Of a stretch of DNA of 51,530 bases, positions 38,919 through 47,764 are shown piece after piece. The stretch is from Promethearchaeota archaeon (lineage in GTDB: Archaea; Asgardarchaeota; Lokiarchaeia; Sigyniarchaeales; SOKP01): the NCBI GenBank assembly GCA_048940645.1, contig JBHLOI010000022.1:1-51530 (forward strand). The letters are read 5' to 3'. The notes under the pieces are model-generated. The model was not told the origin of the DNA. It searched no databases and saw only the letters and a list, made by a program, of their open reading frames with translations. Position 1 is the stretch's first letter. Every line of letters starts with the position of its first letter. The position numbers and the translations under genes were made by a program.

Positions 38919-41117
38919 TTAAGCACTTACTTCAATGTTCATTAATTCTTCTGCATCAATAACCTTTTTATAAAGTTTATCTAAGAATCCATCAAAATTG
39001 TTTTTAGTATATTTAATTTTTAACATCTCATTCAGTAAATGTGGTATATTATCTTCATTCTCATAGATTGATATGATATTTATCTTACTTTCCTCATTTA
39101 ATTGAAATATAGTATTCCATTCCTCCTTCAACCGTTTAGAGTTAAGAGAATTTTCTGAAAAAAATAAAATATATATTTTACTTTCATTCATAAAACCTTG
39201 GGTATCGCTAATTATACCTCCACTATTATCAATGTTCCAGAAAAATACTTTATTTATTCTAGGATAAGCTTCCAAATGATTAACAATTTCGGGGATTTGG
39301 TAATATTCCGTATCTACCGCGTCGTAGCTTAGGTAGATGTTAAAACTGTCAGAAAAAAACTTCAGAATGTCATATAAGTTGAAATAATAAGTGTACAAAT
39401 CATCTGGTGTCTCAACTTTTCTTTTGAGATAAGCTTTAAATGTTGTTAAGTTATCAAGCTTTTTTCCAAGATCCTCTTTGTTATTAAACACGTTTGAAAA
39501 AATTTTTTGCCAATTATCATCTTTAGAGATGATTGAAAAGTAATGATTAAGTTCTAATGCTTCTTTAAATTGTGATTTGAATTGAGAGGCTTCTACTTGT
39601 ATAGTCTCAATTTTATTTTCAATATAAAATCGAATATCATTCGGTAAGCCAATTTCCCACCAATCATCCTTATAATATTCTTCAAGTTTTTCTATAAGAA
39701 AATCACTCAGATCCTCTTTAAATTTTTTTAAATCTTTTTTTGCTCTAGACACTTGCCTTGTTATATATTTTATTCTATTTTTCTGATCTTTATCTATGCG
39801 TATATTTTGAACAATTGGCAAATTTCGTAATGATTTTGGAAGTATTCTTAATTTATTTCCTTTCAAATCAACTTCTTGCAGTAACTTGAGTTTATCCATA
39901 GATTTTGGAAGAGATATTAATTGATTTCTCTTTAAGCATAATGATTCTAAAGCTTTTAAGTCACAAATTGATTCTGGGAGAGTTGCTAAATAATTATGAT
40001 CTAAATATAAAAATTTTAGAGAATGAAGATTACCGATTGATTCTGGAAGATATGTTAATTTATTCGACGTTAGATCCAATTCTTTCAGTAAGACAAGGTT
40101 GTCTATTGATTCTGGAAGAAATGTTAAATAATTAGAACCTAAACACAGAACTTCCAGAGATTTTAGGTATTGAATTGACACAGGTATAACATTTAATTGA
40201 TTATTATCTAAATATAAATATTTAAGAGCTGATAAATTCCCTATTGATTCAGGTATCAAATAAAGCTGATTATATCTTAGATCTATTTCTTCTAGCGAAG
40301 TAAGGTTGCCTATTGAATCTGGAAGTAAAGATAAAGAATTATGTCTCAAATCCAGTTTTTGAAGCGATTTAAGGTTTTCTATTGATTTTGGCAATTCTTT
40401 CAATTGATTTTTTAATAAACAGAGATCTTGAAGCGAGGAAAGATAGCATATTGATTCTGGAAAGATTGACAGTTGATTATAACTTAAATTTAGTTTTTGA
40501 AGAAATGAGAGAAATTCTAAAGATTTTGGGAGCGTTTCTAATCCATTATTAATTAAAGAAAGTTCTTTTAGTAATGATAATTCTCCAATAGAATCGGGTA
40601 AACTAGTCAAATTATTACCATCTAAAATTAATTTTTGAAGTAATTTTAATTTCATTATAGAATCGGGAAGACCAATTAGTTCATTACTCGTTAAATCTAA
40701 CTCTTTTAATTTCTTAATCCTTGTTAGTGCTTCAGGAAAAACATATAACTTATTTCCCTTCAAAATTAGTCTTTGAAGCGACTTAAGCTTAGACATTGAT
40801 TCTGGAAGGATTCTTAAACTATTATTTTCTAAATCTAAAGTTTGAAGCACCTTAAGGTTTCCTATTGATTCTGGAAGAGTTGTCAGTTCATTTCCCACTA
40901 GAAATAGTTCTTTAAGAGATTTAAGACAAGTTATACAATCAGGAAAAGTAGATAAGCTATTAAAAAGTCCTAATCCGATTATATTATCACCATGGAGCAC
41001 AAATCCTAAAGAGTTTCGTTTAAGCCGATCAATTTGCGGAATAGGTTTACCAATTATATTTTCTAATTCATATAGAACTTTCCAGTCCCCACTTTTTAAA
41101 ATTTTTACCTCATTCAT
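38919..41117 (-). CDS. Cytoplasmic LRR - Swt1/HEPN-like - TIR domain protein
   Basis: 16 complete 23-aa LRRs (aa 66-433); LSDFL..KL..YY.DDWW..GLP..I / NW..IF..VF (Swt1-like HEPN); TIR box [20 protein letters not shown]. Confidence 0.85.
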   Translation of the reverse strand: MNEVKILKSGDWKVLYELENIIGKPIPQIDRLKRNSLGFVLHGDNIIGLGLFNSLSTFPDCITCLKSLKELFLVGNELTTLPESIGNLKVLQTLDLENNSLRILPESMSKLKSLQRLILKGNKLYVFPEALTRIKKLKELDLTSNELIGLPDSIMKLKLLQKLILDGNNLTSLPDSIGELSLLKELSLINNGLETLPKSLEFLSFLQKLNLSYNQLSIFPESICYLSSLQDLCLLKNQLKELPKSIENLKSLQKLDLRHNSLSLLPDSIGNLTSLEEIDLRYNQLYLIPESIGNLSALKYLYLDNNQLNVIPVSIQYLKSLEVLCLGSNYLTFLPESIDNLVLLKELDLTSNKLTYLPESIGNLHSLKFLYLDHNYLATLPESICDLKALESLCLKRNQLISLPKSMDKLKLLQEVDLKGNKLRILPKSLRNLPIVQNIRIDKDQKNRIKYITRQVSRAKKDLKKFKEDLSDFLIEKLEEYYKDDWWEIGLPNDIRFYIENKIETIQVEASQFKSQFKEALELNHYFSIISKDDNWQKIFSNVFNNKEDLGKKLDNLTTFKAYLKRKVETPDDLYTYYFNLYDILKFFSDSFNIYLSYDAVDTEYYQIPEIVNHLEAYPRINKVFFWNIDNSGGIISDTQGFMNESKIYILFFSENSLNSKRLKEEWNTIFQLNEESKINIISIYENEDNIPHLLNEMLKIKYTKNNFDGFLDKLYKKVIDAEELMNIEVSA
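39819..40922 (-). repeat. Coding tandem repeat: 16 x 69-bp leucine-rich repeat units
   Basis: Consensus LxxLxLxxNxLxxLPxSIxxL; recurring gattctgga/attgattc on the plus strand. Confidence 0.92.
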
Positions 41118-41169
41118 AAAAAGTAACTTTAGATTTCTCTTTCCCTGTATATGTTTATTTATTTCAATC

Positions 41170-41217
41170 TTTTATATATGTTTTATTAATTTCAAAAATG
41201 AGTGAATTTTTGAAATT
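41170..41217 (-). promoter_or_regulatory. Promoter of the LRR-TIR gene with a perfect 12-bp inverted repeat just upstream of BRE/TATA
   Basis: AATTTCAAAAAT-gagtga-ATTTTTGAAATT at 41188-41217; minus-strand ATATATAAAA at 41179-41170. Confidence 0.5.
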
Positions 41218-41329
41218 TTACTAGATTTTCAAACTCAATATTTTAATTGCCCCATAAAGGCTATTCATAATTATAAATAAAAAAAAGTAGAATTTAGAAA
41301 TATAATAATATATCTCTTTAAAGATTTTT

Positions 41330-41698
41330 TTATTCTAGCCCCATTCTTTTTGTCAGCTTCACTAACAGGAAAATTACTAAAGCTACAATGATAAATATTA
41401 TTAGTTGTCCGATAAAATGTCCTATTCGGAAAGGACCAACGGTCCATGCCTCAAATGTTTCACCAGGAGGCAGAAAAAATTCAACTATAGGCATTACCAA
41501 GTCAGTAACAAGCGCACCTATTAAAGCACCTAGATATATCCCCATAATGAAAGCAACAGCAAGCCCTATAACTTTATATGATTTTAAAAAATTTTTAAAT
41601 TCATCTAATATGTTTTTGGGAGGCGGTGGTGGTGGAGCTGGTGTTAATAGTTCTCTTATTTGCTTTAATTCATCCAACATCTCTTTTTCTTTTGACAT
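41330..41698 (-). CDS. mscL: Large-conductance mechanosensitive channel
   Basis: S1 helix DEFKNFL, TM1 VIGLAVAFIMG...LVTDLVMP, TM2 GHFIGQLIIFIIVALVIF. Confidence 0.9.
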   Translation of the reverse strand: MSKEKEMLDELKQIRELLTPAPPPPPPKNILDEFKNFLKSYKVIGLAVAFIMGIYLGALIGALVTDLVMPIVEFFLPPGETFEAWTVGPFRIGHFIGQLIIFIIVALVIFLLVKLTKRMGLE

Positions 41699-41851
41699 AT
41701 TTAAAACCTTTATTTTTAATCTGAAGTTTTAGTTTAAATTTAGATTTTTAGTTAAGATTTTGTAGAAATTATTTATAATTTTTTTGTATAAATTATTAGC
41801 AAATTAAAAATTACATAATAATAACAAGCTATTATAGTTAAGGGATTTTAG

Positions 41852-42145
41852 TTGGAATTAAAAGAGTATATTGGAATACTAATTTCTAAAAAAGATCGGA
41901 TTGGGTCATTATCAGAGGGGCCTGAATATTATATAATATTGGATCAACCTAACGATTTTGGTCAGAAGGAGTTATTCATTAGAAAGGAAGCTCACCTTTG
42001 GGAAGAAGACCCCGTTTTGCAAAAATATCTTGGTAAGAAAGTATTATTAAGAGGAGAACCTATCTTTACAAACCATGTAAAATTTGAGGGTACTATTAAA
42101 TCTGAAGGTATAATATATAAAGGAATTAAAGTTATAGAGGAATAA
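41852..42145 (+). CDS. Hypothetical protein (small beta-rich, OB-like)
   Basis: 97-aa ORF, TTG start preceded by AAGGGA. Confidence 0.65.
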   Translation: MELKEYIGILISKKDRIGSLSEGPEYYIILDQPNDFGQKELFIRKEAHLWEEDPVLQKYLGKKVLLRGEPIFTNHVKFEGTIKSEGIIYKGIKVIEE

Positions 42146-42239
42146 ATAGAATAAAAAAATTTAAAATTCATATTAAGAATATATTGTTTTTCAGACTTTA
42201 TTCCAAAATTATTTAATTTTAAAATAATTTCATATAATT

Positions 42240-43094
42240 ATGAGTAATGCTGGTTTTAATCAGTTTAAGGGAGACGTAAATACTGAAAATGTAAAATATA
42301 TTGCAGATCCTCAACTAAGAAATATTGTTAATGTGTCTATTGCGTTAGGGCGCCCTTTATTAGTAAAGGGAGAACCCGGGACGGGTAAAACATTATTATC
42401 TCATGCAATCGCCACGGCTCTTGGAAAAAGATTAATTATTTGGAATATAAAATCTACCACTGAAGCAATAGATGGCTGCTATATGTACGATACCGTACAG
42501 CGATTAAATGATAGTCGATTTGGCTGCGATGAGAGAAATGTTGATAATATTCATGATTATATTATGTTAGGACCCTTAGGAGAATCTTTTGTTTCTGATG
42601 AGCAGGTTGTATTATTAATTGATGAAATTGATAAAGCCGATATCGAATTTCCTAATGATTTATTACAAGAATTAGACGTTATGGAATTCTATATCAAAGA
42701 AACCAAGGAATTTGTAAAGGCAAAACATAGACCTATTGTGGTTATAACCTCAAATAATGAAAAGGAACTTCCAGATGCCTTCCTACGTAGATGTATCTTT
42801 CATTGGATTGAGTTTCCTTCTAAAGAATTTATGGCTGATATTTGTCAACTTCATTATCCTAATTTAAAAGAGAATTTATTAGACCAATGTCTCAAGCATT
42901 TTTATGCTTTACGAGCCATTACCAAACTAAGAAAGATGCCTTCGACTTCTGAGCTTCTAGATTGGATTGGAGTATTATTAAAAAGTGGCATTTCAATTGA
43001 AGAATTAAAGAAAAATATTCCCTTCCTTGGAGTCTTAATCAAGAAAGAAAAAGATATGGATATGGTTTTAGAGAAAATTAAATTTCCAACATAA
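42240..43094 (+). CDS. MoxR family AAA+ ATPase (CoxD-like)
   Basis: GEPGTGKT, LLIDEIDKAD, FPNDLL, ITSN.EKELPDAFLRRC. Confidence 0.93.
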   Translation: MSNAGFNQFKGDVNTENVKYIADPQLRNIVNVSIALGRPLLVKGEPGTGKTLLSHAIATALGKRLIIWNIKSTTEAIDGCYMYDTVQRLNDSRFGCDERNVDNIHDYIMLGPLGESFVSDEQVVLLIDEIDKADIEFPNDLLQELDVMEFYIKETKEFVKAKHRPIVVITSNNEKELPDAFLRRCIFHWIEFPSKEFMADICQLHYPNLKENLLDQCLKHFYALRAITKLRKMPSTSELLDWIGVLLKSGISIEELKKNIPFLGVLIKKEKDMDMVLEKIKFPT

Positions 43095-43318
43095 CTTTAA
43101 TTTTTTAAAGAGTTTCTAGTCCCTAAAAAGGCGTTAATTGAAGAGTTCTATCCTTCTAGAACCCATTATTTGTAAACATCTTCAAATAATTAGAAAAAAG
43201 ATTTAAATAGCATCTTTGAATTTATATCAAATTAAGTAAAATAGATGATATTGCAAGAGAATAAAAAAATAAAGAAAACTTTTACACCAAAAAAGATTTT
43301 GACGTGGATTTAAAGAAA

Positions 43319-43438
43319 TATATCGCTGGGATATAACATTCAATCTTCCACTCTTTAAATATTCCCTTGGTAATACCGTCTTATTTTACTTAACTTTAAC
43401 CTTAAATTTGGACTTCTTTTATCGTATGGAATTCTCTG
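43319..43438 (+). repeat. 120-bp direct repeat, copy 1
   Basis: Ungapped alignment to 50141-50260, 103/120 identical by hand count. Confidence 0.92.
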
Positions 43439-43495
43439 ATTTTTAATAAAGTAAAAAAGAAAAAAATGAAGGATTTTTTTTTATATTTAAATAGC

Positions 43496-43795
43496 CTAAC
43501 CAAGGCCGATCATACTTAGGGCATCCTTTGCTTCTAAAACTGGATACAAAGTATACTTATATCCTTTTATATCCATATATCCAGAAAACCTCTTTGTTAT
43601 TGCCTTCAACCCATCGAAATACTTAGTTTCATCTTCAATTTGGTAAATTGAGAAAAACATGTAATCTCCTGCAGCAGTATTAAAAACATGTTCAGTCTTA
43701 ACAAAATCAGGTAAATTTTCTAACTTTAGAAACGTTTTTCCAACCTCCTTACCAACATGAGCAGGGAAGCTTCCCGTAACTACAATATATGCCAT
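43496..43795 (-). CDS. Hypothetical protein (possible dimeric alpha-beta barrel)
   Basis: 99-aa ORF with upstream GAGGT ribosome-binding site. Confidence 0.75.
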   Translation of the reverse strand: MAYIVVTGSFPAHVGKEVGKTFLKLENLPDFVKTEHVFNTAAGDYMFFSIYQIEDETKYFDGLKAITKRFSGYMDIKGYKYTLYPVLEAKDALSMIGLG

Positions 43796-44056
43796 TTAAC
43801 TTACCTCTAGTTTTTAAATTAATACAAAATTAGATTGTTGATTTATATTATTTTATTAGATTTCGTTAGGAATTATGTAATACATTTTTGTTTATGAATC
43901 TTACTTTGAATTTAATGAAAAAATAATTTCTGGGGTTTAAATAAAATTTAAAATCTAAAACTGGAATACAGTATAATAACAGAAAAAGATAAAAGTTTCC
44001 TTAAAAATTTGTAAATAATTTATGTATTCTAAATTAGAAAAATAGGTTATATTAAA

Positions 44057-44983
44057 ATGGAATCTTATGATACTTATTTAAATTTTACTTATAAATATAA
44101 AACGGTTTCTATTGATCACATAAAAGAACTACAGGAAGATATAGATAAATTACGTAATGCTGGTAAACTAAGTGATAATGAAATTTATAGAGGCTATATC
44201 GATACTAGAGGGTTTAAAATTCCTGAGAAGCTCCCTAATGCTAAATCAATGATAATCTTAGCCATATTTACAAAATTGGCATTAATAGATTTTCATTTAG
44301 AGGGTAGAAAATATGAAATTATGATACCGCCGGCCTATTATGATGATGGATTAACGAACGAAATTTTAGAGGATCTAATATTGAAAAAGATTATAAAAGA
44401 GCCAGGATATAAAATTGAACTAACCAGGAATCTTCATTTAAAATTACTCGCAGTTAGAAGTGGACTTGGGAAATATGGGAGGAATAATATATGCTATGTT
44501 GACGAAATGGGTAGTATGTTAAATTTATACGCCTGTTATACAAACTTTCAGTTTGAAGAAGATAATTGGACCGAGATGAAAATGATGGATTCATGCGAAA
44601 ATTGTAAAGCTTGTATAATTAATTGTCCGACTAACGCAATCCCCACACCTTCGGATGGGACCTTTGTAATCAATGCAGGTAAATGTATCTCTGTGTATAA
44701 TGAAATTGATGGTAAAATTCCAAATTGGATTAGTGCTGATGCTCATAATGCTTTAATGGGATGTATGAGATGTCAATTACCTTGTCCAGGTAATCGTGAA
44801 GTAATTAAATTAACGGATAGGTTTGAGGATATAACCGAAACAGAAACAAAAATGATGTTGGAAGGAATCACAGAACAAGAATTCCTGAATAATTTATCTA
44901 AAAAGCTTAAAATGTTTTATCCTTCAGATGCACAACTATTTTTTCCCCGGCTCAAAAGAAATCTAAAATTATTATTAAAATAA
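44057..44983 (+). CDS. Epoxyqueuosine reductase (QueG)/reductive-dehalogenase-like double [4Fe-4S] protein
   Basis: KLLAVRSGLGKYGRNN, CENCKACIINCP, C...GCMRCQLPCP. Confidence 0.82.
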   Translation: MESYDTYLNFTYKYKTVSIDHIKELQEDIDKLRNAGKLSDNEIYRGYIDTRGFKIPEKLPNAKSMIILAIFTKLALIDFHLEGRKYEIMIPPAYYDDGLTNEILEDLILKKIIKEPGYKIELTRNLHLKLLAVRSGLGKYGRNNICYVDEMGSMLNLYACYTNFQFEEDNWTEMKMMDSCENCKACIINCPTNAIPTPSDGTFVINAGKCISVYNEIDGKIPNWISADAHNALMGCMRCQLPCPGNREVIKLTDRFEDITETETKMMLEGITEQEFLNNLSKKLKMFYPSDAQLFFPRLKRNLKLLLK

Positions 44984-45151
44984 TTTACAATAATATTTTT
45001 TCTTACATTTAAAGAAGAGTAAATTAATAAGATATTTCTGAAAATTTTTGCAATTATCATCTCTCTCCAAAAAGACCTTCAAAAGAAAAAAAAATTAGTT
45101 AAAAATCCTAATAAATGGTAATTTTTTTAAAGGAGCAAATTTCAGTTTCCG

Positions 45152-45919
45152 TTAGCTATGTATATCAGTGCCACCATCGATATTGAATGTCTGTCCTGTA
45201 ATATAATCAGAATCACTGCTAGCAATGAAAACAACTGTCCGGCCAATATCATCCTCGCAGTCGCCGATTCGCCCAAGTGGAATTTGTCTTATTAATCCCT
45301 CATACTGTTCAGGGAACATCTCCTTCCACTGGAGCATCCCTGGAGAGTTCGCGGAAGGGCAGATGACATTCACATTAATCCCGTACTTTCCCCACTCACG
45401 AGCTGCTACACCTGTGATCGCTCGGATTGCTTCTTTGGTTGCCGAATAGGGTGTAAAGCCCACCATCCGTTGACTTCCGGCAGCCGAAGCAAGGTTGATG
45501 ATCTTACCACCCCTTTCCTTCATATGCGGAAAGCAGGCTTTCATGAAGTAGAATGTCCCCATAAGGCCCGACCTAAGCGTCACATCCCAATCCTCTTCCG
45601 TTATTTCTTCAAATGGAGTATTTGGTCGTGGTACGCTTTGTGCGTTATTGACCAGAATATCAATAGCCCCATATTCATCAATTATCGTCTGTATAACCTT
45701 ATCTACATCTTCACGTTTACTGACATCACAAATAACGGCCTTTGCCTTGGCACCTAGGTCTCGCAGTTCATCAACTGTTGAATTTGCGCCCTCTTCATTG
45801 ATTTCAGCAACAGCGATGGTTGCACCTTCCTTTGCTAATGCAAGGGCTATACCTCTTCCAACGCCCTGACCTGCCCCTGTTACAATGGCGACCTTATTAT
45901 CCAATTTACCCAAAATCAA
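45152..45919 (-). CDS. Short-chain dehydrogenase/reductase (hydroxysteroid-dehydrogenase-like NNAQ subgroup)
   Basis: TGAGQGVG, VNNAQ, catalytic YSATK, ITGQ...DGG. Confidence 0.93.
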   Translation of the reverse strand: MILGKLDNKVAIVTGAGQGVGRGIALALAKEGATIAVAEINEEGANSTVDELRDLGAKAKAVICDVSKREDVDKVIQTIIDEYGAIDILVNNAQSVPRPNTPFEEITEEDWDVTLRSGLMGTFYFMKACFPHMKERGGKIINLASAAGSQRMVGFTPYSATKEAIRAITGVAAREWGKYGINVNVICPSANSPGMLQWKEMFPEQYEGLIRQIPLGRIGDCEDDIGRTVVFIASSDSDYITGQTFNIDGGTDIHS

Positions 45920-46274
45920 TCACCTTATGTGAGTTAAATATTTTTCCATTAATTTTTATTAATAACTTTTCATTTATTTTTTAAATTTCGATTAAATTGT
46001 ACTAATATTTTTGTCAAAATCTATTTTAAATATATCGCTTATGATTTTTAGTAGAAGATAAAAGTAATATAAAAATGAGTAGTTTAAAGAACACTAAAAT
46101 TACCCAAAAAACTAAAATTGGTATTGTCTAAACTTTTATTATTTCTAAAATGCTATTTATCATTAATATGTAAAAAGTAGTTTAGATAAAATATGTCTTT
46201 ACTATTAAAAAAAGCTCTTAAAGTGGGTGAAAATATAGCCATTTCTGTATGGCAGGTAATTCTGGTGGGGATAA

Positions 46275-46391
46275 ATGAAAAAGAAATTAAAAGAAAAGTA
46301 TGATGCAAAGCCTAGTCAAGATTTTTTAGAGATCAATCCTAGTGATCCAATTGGAATTAATTTAATTGGAGATGCTGGATGTGAAGGATGA
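46275..46391 (+). other. Unannotated 38-codon ORF (small peptide or truncated gene fragment)
   Basis: GGTGGGG upstream; MKKKLKEKYDAKPSQDFLEINPSDPIGINLIGDAGCEG*; overlaps the start of the next gene. Confidence 0.4.
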
Positions 46392-47733
46392 CATAATAGA
46401 TGATGATTATGATATAGTGATTATTGGATCAGGATTAGGTGGATTAACAGCAGCAAGTCTCCTCTCCCGTAAGGGATTTAAAATTCTTGTGGTGGAGAGT
46501 AGAAGTCGTATTGGAGGTAGATTTTCCACTTTTGAGTATAAAGGTTTCAAATTACCCACTGGTGCGATTCTTATCCCAGATGGTTGGGTAGTAAAATTAC
46601 TTGAGGAGATGGGAATCAGGACTGACAATTTAAGACCAATAACACGAGTTTATTATAGAATTGATGGTGAAAGATATGAAATCCCTCCTGAAATAGGAGT
46701 ACCAAAAGCGCTTGATATAATAGATAAGCTTGAAAGAAAAGACGCTAAAAATAAGAAGCGTCCAATGAAACCTGTCGAATTAAGTAAGATCATGCGTGGT
46801 TATTATAAAAAAATGCGAGGAATAAATCAAGAAGAAATTATAACTGTTCGGGATTGGCTTCTCCAATATACTGAGAATGAAAAAGTGCACGATGCTTTTG
46901 ATACTCTCTGTACAGGATTAATGATGGCTCATTCTTGGGAGCTACCTATTTCAAAATTTTTCCTTTTCCAAGAAATGACTAAATTTTATATATCACCTGA
47001 CGGAAACCTCAGCATAGCAGAGGAACTAGCTAGAGTAGTTGAGAAAAACGGTGCTGTATGGACTAATTCTCCTGCGAGGAGAATAATTATCAAAGAGGGA
47101 AAAGCTACAAGTGTAATTGTTGAAAAGGCAGGAAAACAAATTGAAATAAAATGCAAAATGGTTATTAGTAATGCAGGGGCTAAATCGACGGTAGGTCTAG
47201 CAGGAAAGGAAAATTTCGATAATGAATATCTTGAAAAGATGCGTATAAAACTCCGACCAAGCCCATGCTTACTGGTTCTAGTCGCAAGCGATAAGCCTCT
47301 GTGCTTAGAAGGAATACATAATGGGTTGGAAATAATAATGGGATCACGAAGAATTAAAACTGTTATTCCTATTAGTAATATCTGTCCCGAACTTGTTCCC
47401 CCAGGAGAACATCTTTTTTACACTTCAGCTAAGTCCGAATCAACCCTCCATCCTATGGATATAAAATACGAAATGCAACAGGTTAAGAGTGATATAAGGG
47501 AATTTTTTCCAGATTTCGAAAATCACGGTCGAATTTTAAAAATGAGAGCATGTGACATTATCAACGAATGGCCTGAAGGCCGAACTTGGCTTGGGTATGG
47601 TATGCCATTAGAAACGCCAATATCTAATCTATTTAACGTAGGAGACTCATGTATCGCCCCAGGTCTTATAGGAACTCCTGGTTCTGTAGAAAGTGGTTAC
47701 CGAGTGGTCGATATTGTTGAAAAAGTATCATAA
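46366..47733 (+). CDS. FAD-dependent oxidoreductase, phytoene dehydrogenase-like superfamily
   Basis: YDIVIIGSGLGG, ES..RIGGR, PELVPPG, TPISNLFNVGD; start may be ATG 46372 or GTG 46381. Confidence 0.88.
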   Translation: MEMLDVKDDIIDDDYDIVIIGSGLGGLTAASLLSRKGFKILVVESRSRIGGRFSTFEYKGFKLPTGAILIPDGWVVKLLEEMGIRTDNLRPITRVYYRIDGERYEIPPEIGVPKALDIIDKLERKDAKNKKRPMKPVELSKIMRGYYKKMRGINQEEIITVRDWLLQYTENEKVHDAFDTLCTGLMMAHSWELPISKFFLFQEMTKFYISPDGNLSIAEELARVVEKNGAVWTNSPARRIIIKEGKATSVIVEKAGKQIEIKCKMVISNAGAKSTVGLAGKENFDNEYLEKMRIKLRPSPCLLVLVASDKPLCLEGIHNGLEIIMGSRRIKTVIPISNICPELVPPGEHLFYTSAKSESTLHPMDIKYEMQQVKSDIREFFPDFENHGRILKMRACDIINEWPEGRTWLGYGMPLETPISNLFNVGDSCIAPGLIGTPGSVESGYRVVDIVEKVS

Positions 47734-47764
47734 TCCAATTTGAAGAATTATAAAATTTGATATT

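Noticed and set aside
39819-40922. Periodic DNA repeats as a CRISPR array
   Set aside because: The 69-bp period is the coding LRR unit; there is no constant repeat with unique spacers
46380-46403. Sec read-through giving CEGUH (a CxxCH-like motif) in the 38-aa ORF
   Set aside because: The TGAs arise from overlapping Asp codons of the next gene, further TGAs follow within four codons, and no SECIS was seen
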